A program made the translations under genes and the position numbers. A DNA stretch of 11,957 nucleotides from Promethearchaeota archaeon (GTDB taxonomy: Archaea > Asgardarchaeota > Lokiarchaeia > Sigyniarchaeales > SOKP01), in assembly GCA_048941265.1 (NCBI GenBank), contig JBHLNT010000126.1:1-11957 (forward strand), given 5' to 3'. Under the pieces are notes generated by a model. That model saw only the letters and a program-made list of their open reading frames with translations. It was not told where the DNA came from and did no database searches. This document shows positions 1-7,421 of this stretch, one piece after another. Positions within the stretch are counted from its first letter, which is position 1. Each line of letters starts with the position of its first letter.

Positions 1-1064
1 GAAGCGAAAAAATTTCCGAAAAATCCAATTGTTATAAAAAAAATCCAAGATAACACGATATCTAAAGTAGTTTCCATTTTAAATGGGATTAAGTAAAATC
101 CTAATAAACACAGTACCCCTATTAGAACACCGACAGATGATATTATGATACGACCTCGTAATTTTCCGGAATGATATAAGGAATCACCAAATTTTCCACC
201 TAATAGAGTTCCCGGAATTGCTCCTATTCCCGCTAAAATATAAATAGTGGTGGCATAAAAGTTTGCGTTGATATCATTAATTTTGGTAGTTATGTAAAAA
301 ATAGCCCAGATACTTAAAGTAGCATTTGCAATACCTGAGCAGAGTACGTAAAGAAATATTGCTAGTATCGATTTTTTTTTTAACAATTGAGTGAGTTGAT
401 GATAGGTTATTTTATAATTATAATTAAGTTGTCCATTAAGATCTTCAAATTCTGGTTCTACACGACCTCTCTCGGGATCTATAGCTGAGGTATAATAGCT
501 TATTATTGCCAGAATTCCTAATATTCCTCCTAAAGCATAGGCAAAACGCCAGCCTAAAGGTCCAGTATAATTTCCCAATAATCCCCCAAATATAATCCCG
601 GCACCACTACCTATTATCATTCCAAAAGCCATAAGACTATATTTACTTCCCCTTTCTTTTGGTTCATAATAGTCAGCTAAAATTGAGAACCCAATTGGTA
701 TAAAAGCCCCGGCACCAATAGCAGATATTACTGCTAAAATAAAATAGAAATAGAAGTTTACCGATAAAGAAATTAGGCCATATGAAATAATCCATACTAA
801 ATTAGTGCATAAAAATATTTTTTTCCTCGAGAATTTGTTTGCCAATTTTTCTCCAAAATATCCAAAGAACAAAACACTACATATTCCAACTGCTAAACGA
901 CTGGCTGTTACCAAACCTATGCCCGACGGGGTAGCCCCTGGAAGATATATCAGTAAATTTTCAATATTTACGGGTAAAATCCCTAAACAATAAGCTAGCA
1001 TAAAATATAAGCGCCATATTGATTTAAAACTATTGCCTCTTGCATTGTTAAAATTATCATCCAT
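1..1064 (-). CDS. MFS transporter, 3' end outside the window; paralog of 5306..6673
   Basis: Manual translation from ATG at 1064: MDDNFNNARGNSFKSIWRLYFMLAYCLGILPVNIENLL...GAFIPIGFSILADYYEPKERG...GWRFAYALGG...DPERGRVEPEF...GGKFGD...SWIFFITIGFFGNFFA. Open for 354 codons to the edge, many hydrophobic TM segments, AGGAG just upstream. Absent from the ORF track because it has no stop in the window. Confidence 0.93.
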   Translation of the reverse strand, partial: MDDNFNNARGNSFKSIWRLYFMLAYCLGILPVNIENLLIYLPGATPSGIGLVTASRLAVGICSVLFFGYFGEKLANKFSRKKIFLCTNLVWIISYGLISLSVNFYFYFILAVISAIGAGAFIPIGFSILADYYEPKERGSKYSLMAFGMIIGSGAGIIFGGLLGNYTGPLGWRFAYALGGILGILAIISYYTSAIDPERGRVEPEFEDLNGQLNYNYKITYHQLTQLLKKKSILAIFLYVLCSGIANATLSIWAIFYITTKINDINANFYATTIYILAGIGAIPGTLLGGKFGDSLYHSGKLRGRIIISSVGVLIGVLCLLGFYLIPFKMETTLDIVLSWIFFITIGFFGNFFA

Positions 1065-1072
1065 TTACAATT

Positions 1073-1079
1073 TCTCCTG
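1073..1079 (-). promoter_or_regulatory. Shine-Dalgarno-like site (AGGAGA) for the MFS gene starting at 1064
   Basis: Minus strand reads ACAGGAGAAATTGTAA-ATG. A similar GGAGAATTAAAA-ATG precedes the Fe-S gene at 1682. Confidence 0.55.
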
Positions 1080-1124
1080 TTCGAGCCCATTATTAATAGA
1101 ATTTAGAACTTCCAGATATTCATT

Positions 1125-1682
1125 TCAACTTTTAGGTTTGAAAATTATAGAAGGTTTAAATTTATCATTATATTCAAATCCTTCTGCTTTTACGATATCT
1201 CCGTATTTTTCTCTTAATTCATTTATAGGCCCTGAATCTAACGCGTACATAGGACATGCTTCCACACATATTGGATTTTGACCCTGGTCTAATCTTTCTA
1301 TGCAGAAATTGCATTTCTGCATTTTTGCATTTTCTTCTGTACCAAATTGCGGAATTTTCCAAGGGCATGCTTTTAGGCAATGCATTTCGCATGTATTATT
1401 ACCTAGACACTTTACTCGATCTACAATTACAACTCCATCGGAATCTCTTTTAGAAATAGCTCTTTCTGGGCAAACTTTTATACAGGGAGGATTTTCACAA
1501 TGATTGCAACTAATTGATAAATAAGCCACAAATGGCGTTGGAAATTTTCCTCTTTCAATGGATTTTACTTGTCTCCAGTTAATAGGTCCCGCGTCAATAT
1601 TATTCCAATCTTTACAAGCTACAGAACAAGTATAACACCCGATACATCGCGATTGATCAAAATAAAAGCCTATTTGGGTCAT
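1125..1682 (-). CDS. dmsB: DMSO-reductase-family iron-sulfur subunit with four Fe-S Cys groups (DmsB-like)
   Basis: N-terminus MTQIGFYFDQSRCIGCYTCSVACKD matches the DmsB pattern. Other Cys groups: CNHCENPPCIKVCP, CLGNNTCEMHCLKACP, KCNFC...PICVEACP. Starts 2 nt after the stop of the molybdoenzyme gene. Confidence 0.9.
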   Translation of the reverse strand: MTQIGFYFDQSRCIGCYTCSVACKDWNNIDAGPINWRQVKSIERGKFPTPFVAYLSISCNHCENPPCIKVCPERAISKRDSDGVVIVDRVKCLGNNTCEMHCLKACPWKIPQFGTEENAKMQKCNFCIERLDQGQNPICVEACPMYALDSGPINELREKYGDIVKAEGFEYNDKFKPSIIFKPKS

Positions 1683-1684
1683 TT

Positions 1685-3976
1685 TTAATTCTCCATATGT
1701 GATTTTTGTGTTAATTCTACTTGAACTAAAGCACTATTCATAGGACAAGCTCCCCCTGGAGAATATCCATCGTTTGTCAATATATTTGCACATCCTCCAA
1801 TGTCAATCCCATCTTTATCGGGATTATACCACGCTCCTTGATAAACACATGCCACACCAGGCATAATTCTTTCAGTAACTTTTGCTGGAATACGAATTCT
1901 TCCTCGGTCGTTATATACATCTACTATATCTCCATTTTTAATACCTCGCTCCAATGCGTCAACAGGATTTATCCAGACTGCATGAGGGTCAATCTCTTCT
2001 AACCAAGGCATGTGGTGTAAACTAGAATGAGTACGTCTTTTATTATGAGGGGAAAGTAGCTGTAATGGATATTTTTTTGCTTTAGGAGAATCATAATGCT
2101 CATCATGACTCAAATACTTAGGTACAGGTGGCATTAATGGATGATCCAATTCTGCCATATGTTCACAATAAATTTCAATTTTTCCTGACAATGTTGGGAA
2201 AGGATTGTTCTCGATATCTTCTATTTGCTCCCTAAAAGCCACAAATGGTTCCTCTACTTTGACTTTATAATACCCATCTTTTTTCATTTTATTATAACTT
2301 TTTATTTCTTTTCGTGGAGCTGTTAAAAGACGTAAGATCTGATCCTCAGGTAAATTAAGAAGGTCAACATTAAGTCCTAATCTCTTTGATAATTCTAAAC
2401 ATATTTCTAAATCAGATTTAGTATCATAGAGAGAATCTATTGCTTTATTCAAATAGATATAATATGGTGATCCTAACCATGGAACGGCAACGTCGTTACG
2501 CTCCATGAATGTATTCACAGGAAAAACTATATCCGCAAATTTAGCTGTAGGTGTCATAAATTGTTCATGCACTACGATAAATTCAAGGGATTTTAAAGCT
2601 TCCACACCTTTATTTATGTTACTGTATTGGTTTAGACGATTGGTTGCTACAACATAGGCCATCTTAATATCTGCAGGATATCCTCCCTTACGACCATTTA
2701 AAATTAAATTATAGAGATCATTTATATGAACTCGAGTGCTAGCGGGATTTGTCCCCCCACGAAGTTTGTGTAGGCTATATTTACGAGGGGGAGCCCCAAA
2801 ATCGACAGGATTATCTTGAGCTCTTGGTTTTCGTTCCTTCTCTTCCTCTACGGTAGAGTGCGTTTTTTTCTTTTTTCTCCTACTGGACATTACAGTTTCC
2901 CGACTGTAATAAGCTCTCATAAATCCGGATGCATATCCCCCTTTAATACCGATATTTCCAGTTATTGCGGTAAGTACATTACCAGCCCTGGAATATTGTT
3001 CTCCCCTTGCGGTTCGAGCAGGTCCCCATCCGACAATGAGAGCCGCCGGTTTATTATTAGCATATTCCCGAGCAAGATTAATAATAGTTTCTGCTGGAAC
3101 TTTAGTTATAGTTTCAGCCCATTCGGGCGTTTTAGGTATACCATCATCATGACCTAAAACATATTCCTTATATTTATCAAAACCAACAGTATATCTATCT
3201 ATAAAATCCTGATCTTGAAGATTTTCAGTAATTATGACATAAGCCATGGCAATAAGCATCGCAGCATCTGTACCAGGTCGAATCGGAATCCATTGATGCG
3301 CAAAAATCGCAGCAGAATCAGTAAAAATAGGATCAATAGCCACAATTCGAATGCCTTTCTCACGAGCTTTGGATAATATCACTCTTGTTTCTGGATCCCA
3401 AATTGTATTTGCAGGATTCCAACCCCACATTATAATTAGCTTAGTATTAAGTAAATCCTCACGGGCATTCCCGGTCATAATGGTGCCATAGGTGGCCATA
3501 GAAGCAAAAAGTGCTCCTTCATAAGATGGTGCTCCCCAAAATCGGGTATAACCTCCAAATTGGTTAAGCATTAGCCCTACGGGGACGACACCATGAAGCA
3601 TTCCTTGATTTCCCGCTCCTGCCGTTAATAAAATCGAAGAATTACCATATTTTTCTTTTATTTCAATGAGTTTTGAAGCAACCTCATCAAATGCTTCATC
3701 CCATGATATTTGTTCAAATTTTCCCTCTCCGCGTTCTCCAATACGGCGTAAGGGATATTTTAAACGATGTTCAGAATAAACCCGCTGTCTGTAAGCCCTC
3801 CCCCGCATACATGCGCGCAATGTAGTGTTTTCACTGTTGTCGGTCTCAAATCGAATAATTTTTCCATCTTTCACATGGGCTCTTAATACACAGCGTCCAC
3901 CACAGTCATGACAGCAACCTGTATTTATAATTGTAATATCTTCATCATTAAGCTGGGAATCTTGATCACTCATCAT
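1685..3976 (-). CDS. dmsA: Mo/W-bisPGD oxidoreductase catalytic subunit, DmsA-like, predicted cytoplasmic
   Basis: FS0 motif CCHDCGGRC...RACMRGR; RLKYPLRRIGERGEGKFEQISWDEA; WIPIRPGTDAAM; QFMTPTAKFADIVFP; TLSGKIEIY; C-terminal RTHS...WINPVDA..RGI..GD.V...N.RG domain. GGYTRFWGAPS aligns with the DmsA segment carrying the Ser Mo ligand. Start may be the second ATG at 3973. The symbol denotes family; substrate is not established. Confidence 0.9.
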   Translation of the reverse strand: MMSDQDSQLNDEDITIINTGCCHDCGGRCVLRAHVKDGKIIRFETDNSENTTLRACMRGRAYRQRVYSEHRLKYPLRRIGERGEGKFEQISWDEAFDEVASKLIEIKEKYGNSSILLTAGAGNQGMLHGVVPVGLMLNQFGGYTRFWGAPSYEGALFASMATYGTIMTGNAREDLLNTKLIIMWGWNPANTIWDPETRVILSKAREKGIRIVAIDPIFTDSAAIFAHQWIPIRPGTDAAMLIAMAYVIITENLQDQDFIDRYTVGFDKYKEYVLGHDDGIPKTPEWAETITKVPAETIINLAREYANNKPAALIVGWGPARTARGEQYSRAGNVLTAITGNIGIKGGYASGFMRAYYSRETVMSSRRKKKKTHSTVEEEKERKPRAQDNPVDFGAPPRKYSLHKLRGGTNPASTRVHINDLYNLILNGRKGGYPADIKMAYVVATNRLNQYSNINKGVEALKSLEFIVVHEQFMTPTAKFADIVFPVNTFMERNDVAVPWLGSPYYIYLNKAIDSLYDTKSDLEICLELSKRLGLNVDLLNLPEDQILRLLTAPRKEIKSYNKMKKDGYYKVKVEEPFVAFREQIEDIENNPFPTLSGKIEIYCEHMAELDHPLMPPVPKYLSHDEHYDSPKAKKYPLQLLSPHNKRRTHSSLHHMPWLEEIDPHAVWINPVDALERGIKNGDIVDVYNDRGRIRIPAKVTERIMPGVACVYQGAWYNPDKDGIDIGGCANILTNDGYSPGGACPMNSALVQVELTQKSHMEN

Positions 3977-4130
3977 TCAAATCGATATAGAGAAGTTTAT
4001 TTAATTAAATGTTAATGAATAGTATTTATTAAATCATTTTTTAAAAATTTGTAAGGAGAAATGATAAAATTAAAATTTCTTTTAATTAAACAAATCTATC
4101 TTAATATTTTTTAAAAATGGAATTTGAAAA
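3977..4130. promoter_or_regulatory. Divergent promoter region between dmsA-like and LLM genes
   Basis: 154-bp very AT-rich spacer between head-to-head starts. Palindromic TTTAATTAAA at 4000-4009 and 4081-4090; ATTTTTTAAAAAT at 4036-4048 and 4106-4118. Confidence 0.6.
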
Positions 4131-5240
4131 ATGGTAGAAATTAAATTTGGAACGCAATTGTTTTACTCCCAATCTTATAATTTCATACGGAATAAATTTA
4201 TTGAAGCAAATAGAGAAAAATGGGATTCAATTTGGCTACCAGATCATTTAAGCGGGATTCCAGGGGCGGCTATTGATGATTTTTTAAGTCTATGGCCGAT
4301 GTTTGGATCATTTGCAGAAATTTCGAGGGAAAAAACATTTGGTTCATGTGTAACAGATCCCCATCGAATGCATCCGGCAGTTTTAGCTCAAATTGCAACC
4401 ACTATTAACCATATTTCGGGAGGGAATTTTATATTAGGTATGGGAGCAGGAGAAGGGATGAATTTAAAAGCTTATAACATTTCGTACGATCATGCTTTAT
4501 CTAAAATGTTAGAATCCATAACATTGATGAAATTATTTTGGAAAAAAGGTAAAAGAGTTATATTTGAGGGTAAGTTTTATCAGACTAAGAAAGCTGTGTT
4601 ACTCCCTAAACCTCTTTCAGACATCCCAATTTGGGTGGCGTCAAATGGTCCGAAAACCATCCAAATGACAGGAAAAGTAGCTGATGGGTGGCTTCCTCTA
4701 GGAGTATCTACTCAATTTTATAAAGTTGGAATAGACAAAATAACTGAAGTTCTTGAAAAAGAAGGACGGGATGTCACTAAATTTACATTTGGGGTATTTA
4801 ATCGTGTGTTTCTCAATGATGATGAACAAAAAATTGATGAGCAAGTAAAGGGGATTAAAATGGCAATGGTCATGCAACCATTGGTCATAAAAGAATTAGG
4901 CTATTGGAAAGATGAGTTTGATGATTTATTCTGCGAAGCTACAGGTTACAATTGTGATGAGATAAGTTTATTGCAGGTAGACCGGGAAGATATTGTTAAA
5001 TTTGATTTAAATAAATTATCTGCGATTATTGATCACATTCCTAATGATATTATTCGGAGCAATATTATGTTTGGGACAAAAGAAGAAATTATTGAAAAAA
5101 TTCAGAAATACATCGATTTCGGTGCGCAATATTTTGTTTTGGAAATCCAAAATGGAGCATCCAGTAAAAATGCTCCCTATACATACTGGAATGTATCAAA
5201 AATCCTGAGTGATGAGGTCCTTCCATTATTTAAATCTTAA
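4131..5240 (+). CDS. LLM-class (luciferase-like) oxidoreductase, probably F420-dependent (Adf/FGD/Rv2951c-like)
   Basis: Motifs WLPDH (H39), GSCVTDPHRMHPAVLAQIATT, GNFILGMGAGE(108)GMN, FEGKFY, PKP...IPIWVASNGPKT...GKVADGWLP, GTKEEIIEKIQKYIDFGA. Confidence 0.88.
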   Translation: MVEIKFGTQLFYSQSYNFIRNKFIEANREKWDSIWLPDHLSGIPGAAIDDFLSLWPMFGSFAEISREKTFGSCVTDPHRMHPAVLAQIATTINHISGGNFILGMGAGEGMNLKAYNISYDHALSKMLESITLMKLFWKKGKRVIFEGKFYQTKKAVLLPKPLSDIPIWVASNGPKTIQMTGKVADGWLPLGVSTQFYKVGIDKITEVLEKEGRDVTKFTFGVFNRVFLNDDEQKIDEQVKGIKMAMVMQPLVIKELGYWKDEFDDLFCEATGYNCDEISLLQVDREDIVKFDLNKLSAIIDHIPNDIIRSNIMFGTKEEIIEKIQKYIDFGAQYFVLEIQNGASSKNAPYTYWNVSKILSDEVLPLFKS

Positions 5241-5253
5241 ATTTAGAAGTAAC

Positions 5254-5274
5254 TTTTTTATCTCTGTTTTTTTT
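5254..5274 (+). terminator. Oligo-T tract, candidate archaeal-type terminator of the LLM gene
   Basis: T6 (5254-5259) and T8 (5267-5274) 14-34 nt after the stop, in a convergent spacer with no GC hairpin. Confidence 0.45.
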
Positions 5275-5305
5275 ACGTTAATTGTTTTATCTTAAATAAA
5301 TTTTT

Positions 5306-6673
5306 TTAATGGTTATTTTGTTTTATTTCGTTCTTTCTTTCATTCATTAATTTTCTGTAATCCTTATATTCTTTAGGAAAATATATATAGGTAATTATCC
5401 ATAGTGAAGTTCCAATCATCCAACATAATAAAATAAAAGTCATTGCATATGGTAATAAAGAGATATCTCTTTCAATCAATAATGAGAAAGCTAAATTTCC
5501 TATAATTCCCCCAATATTACTCATTATTCGATTCAATGAATTAACTGTGCTTCTTGCTTCTGGTACAACCACTTCAGAGTAGATCGCAAAGACATTTCCA
5601 ATACTTAGAGAGACTAAAAAGTACCCCATAAAACCTATTATAAGGAAAAAAAACCAATTAATGACAAGTTCTAAATGTGATGTTGCTGTAATGGGGACTA
5701 AATAGAAAATGATTAGACATACTATACCTGAAATTAATCCTATTGAAGTTAAATAGATCCTTCCTCTAATTTTTCCTGAATTATGTAATGTATCCCCTAA
5801 CCTTCCTCCTATAATTGAACCAGGGAGGATACCGACTCCAGTAAGGAGATATAAAGAAGCAGCCGCCATTTCCGTATAGAACCCACTAAATTTTGAGGTT
5901 AAATAAAAAATACCCCACGCTCCAATCGTTGAAATAGCAATTCCCGCAAATAATGTATAAAATAATATTGATGCTACGGATTTTTTCTTTAATATTGGTC
6001 CTAAACTTTTTATATCTATTTTATAATCGTATTGAAAATCTTCTTTAAAATCTTTAAACTCGGGTTCAGCCATACCACGTTTTGGATCTATTCCTTTTAA
6101 AAAATAATTCACTATAGCAATTAATCCTAAAATGAAACCTATAGCATAAGCAAACCTCCATCCATTAGGTTCCGCATAAGTTCCTAACAATCCACCGATA
6201 ATAATTCCTAAACCTGTACCAATAGTTAAACTAAAAGTGATAGAACCATATTTTTTGCCTCGATCTTTCGGAGGATAAAAATCTCCGATGATAGAAAAAC
6301 CCAAAGGGATAAAAGCTCCAATCCCAATGGCAGCGATTATTGTAAAAAACAAATAAAAATGAAAATTTGTTGAAATAGAAATTAAACCATAACCCACTAC
6401 CCATAATGAATTAGTAAATACAAACACATTTTTTCTTATTTTCTTATCTATTATTTTATCTTCATAATAGCCGAAGAATATAAGACTAATAGAAGTAGTA
6501 AAAAGATATGAAGCTGCACATATCCCAATTCCCAATTTTGTAGTTCCAGGGAGGTTGATTAATAAATTATCTATATTAACAGGCAGGATTCCATAACAAA
6601 AATAAATCATAAAAATTAGGAACCATAAAGATTTGAAAGTTTTCTCCCTTTGTAAATCATAATTTACATTCAT
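5306..6673 (-). CDS. MFS transporter (about 12 TM), substrate unknown
   Basis: 455 aa hydrophobic protein with GFSIIGDFYPPKDRGK, GWRFAY, central loop DPKRGMAEPEF, GGRLGD and SEVVVPEARST, all typical MFS loop motifs. Confidence 0.93.
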   Translation of the reverse strand: MNVNYDLQREKTFKSLWFLIFMIYFCYGILPVNIDNLLINLPGTTKLGIGICAASYLFTTSISLIFFGYYEDKIIDKKIRKNVFVFTNSLWVVGYGLISISTNFHFYLFFTIIAAIGIGAFIPLGFSIIGDFYPPKDRGKKYGSITFSLTIGTGLGIIIGGLLGTYAEPNGWRFAYAIGFILGLIAIVNYFLKGIDPKRGMAEPEFKDFKEDFQYDYKIDIKSLGPILKKKSVASILFYTLFAGIAISTIGAWGIFYLTSKFSGFYTEMAAASLYLLTGVGILPGSIIGGRLGDTLHNSGKIRGRIYLTSIGLISGIVCLIIFYLVPITATSHLELVINWFFFLIIGFMGYFLVSLSIGNVFAIYSEVVVPEARSTVNSLNRIMSNIGGIIGNLAFSLLIERDISLLPYAMTFILLCWMIGTSLWIITYIYFPKEYKDYRKLMNERKNEIKQNNH

Positions 6674-6815
6674 ATATTTTATGCATAATTTTGTTTATTT
6701 ACCCTTTTAGAGTTTTTAAAATGCTGATCATATATTTGAATAAATTATAAATAAAGCTTTTTCTTTTTGACAGTATTATTGAAATTTTATTTTTTTTCAA
6801 CTTAGAGTTGGTTAT
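6674..6815. promoter_or_regulatory. Divergent promoter region between MFS and GNAT genes
   Basis: 142-bp AT-rich spacer. TAAATAAA on the minus strand about 21-28 nt before the MFS ATG; palindrome TTATGCATAA at 6679-6688; TGATCA at 6725-6730. Confidence 0.5.
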
Positions 6816-7364
6816 TTGGAAATAAGTATTCGGAAGGCAAAAAAATCGGATTTAAATGGAATCATTAGAGTTAATGTTGAAACGTGGAAAACTGCTTATA
6901 AAGGAGTGGTACCCAATAAATATATCGAAGCATTCGATATTAGAACACAAAATAAAGGGTGGCAAAATCAACTCATGAAGATGGTTGAGGAGAATATTTT
7001 TTTAATAGCTGAGAATAAAAAAAATGAGATCGTCGGTTTTGCCATTGGGGGTGTAGAAAGGACTAAAAATCCAAATTATAAGGGGGAGTTAATGGGAATA
7101 TATATCTTAAAAGAATACCAAAGAAAAGGGATTGGAAAAGCATTAACTAAGAAAATTGTGGAAGAATTAATAAAAATGGACATAAATAACATGCTTTTGT
7201 GGGTTTTAGAAAGCAATCCTTACCGTGCATTTTATGATTTACTAGGTGGTAAAGTTTTTGATAAGAAAGAACATGAAATCCTCAGATTACCCGTTGTGGC
7301 ATACGGCTATAATGATTTAAAAGAATTAAAAAAAATCCTGAAAATACTTTTAAATCCACATTAA
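6816..7364 (+). CDS. GNAT family N-acetyltransferase
   Basis: IRKAKKSD start, TWKTAYKG, acetyl-CoA motif A IYILKEYQRKGIGKAL, motif B LWVLESNPYRAFYDLLGG. TTG start, with an in-frame TGA at 6780 and no ATG between. Confidence 0.92.
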   Translation: MEISIRKAKKSDLNGIIRVNVETWKTAYKGVVPNKYIEAFDIRTQNKGWQNQLMKMVEENIFLIAENKKNEIVGFAIGGVERTKNPNYKGELMGIYILKEYQRKGIGKALTKKIVEELIKMDINNMLLWVLESNPYRAFYDLLGGKVFDKKEHEILRLPVVAYGYNDLKELKKILKILLNPH

Positions 7365-7383
7365 ATACTTCCTAAGTACTTTC

Positions 7384-7406
7384 AAAAAATAAATAAAAAA
7401 TGAAAA
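7384..7406 (-). terminator. T-rich tract on the minus strand, candidate terminator of the GPH transporter gene
   Basis: Plus-strand A6 runs at 7384-7389 and 7395-7400 lie shortly downstream of the minus-strand stop at 7422. Confidence 0.35.
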
Positions 7407-7421
7407 TTATTAAATCTTTTT

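Noticed and set aside
372-381. A10 homopolymer in the first MFS gene as a phase-variation tract
   Set aside because: In frame and encodes LKKKS, which is conserved in the paralog; such runs are expected at this AT content.
805-1503. Plus-strand ORFs 805..993, 1033..1281, 1256..1453 and 1300..1503
   Set aside because: Antisense shadows of the MFS and dmsB genes with no recognisable motifs.
2787-2858. Small inverted repeats GGGG-gag-CCCC and CTCTAC-g-GTAGAG
   Set aside because: Short, within coding sequence and explained by codons; no in-frame TGA, so no SECIS role.
2876-2887. SSRR in DmsA as a Tat motif
   Set aside because: Internal (about residue 365) and followed by lysines rather than FLK and a hydrophobic helix.
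2816-3157. 113-aa plus-strand ORF
   Set aside because: Lies antisense within dmsA; Ser/Phe-rich composition reflects the opposite strand.
7366-7378. TACTT-cct-AAGTA hairpin after the GNAT stop
   Set aside because: A 5-bp AT-rich stem is too weak to call an intrinsic terminator.
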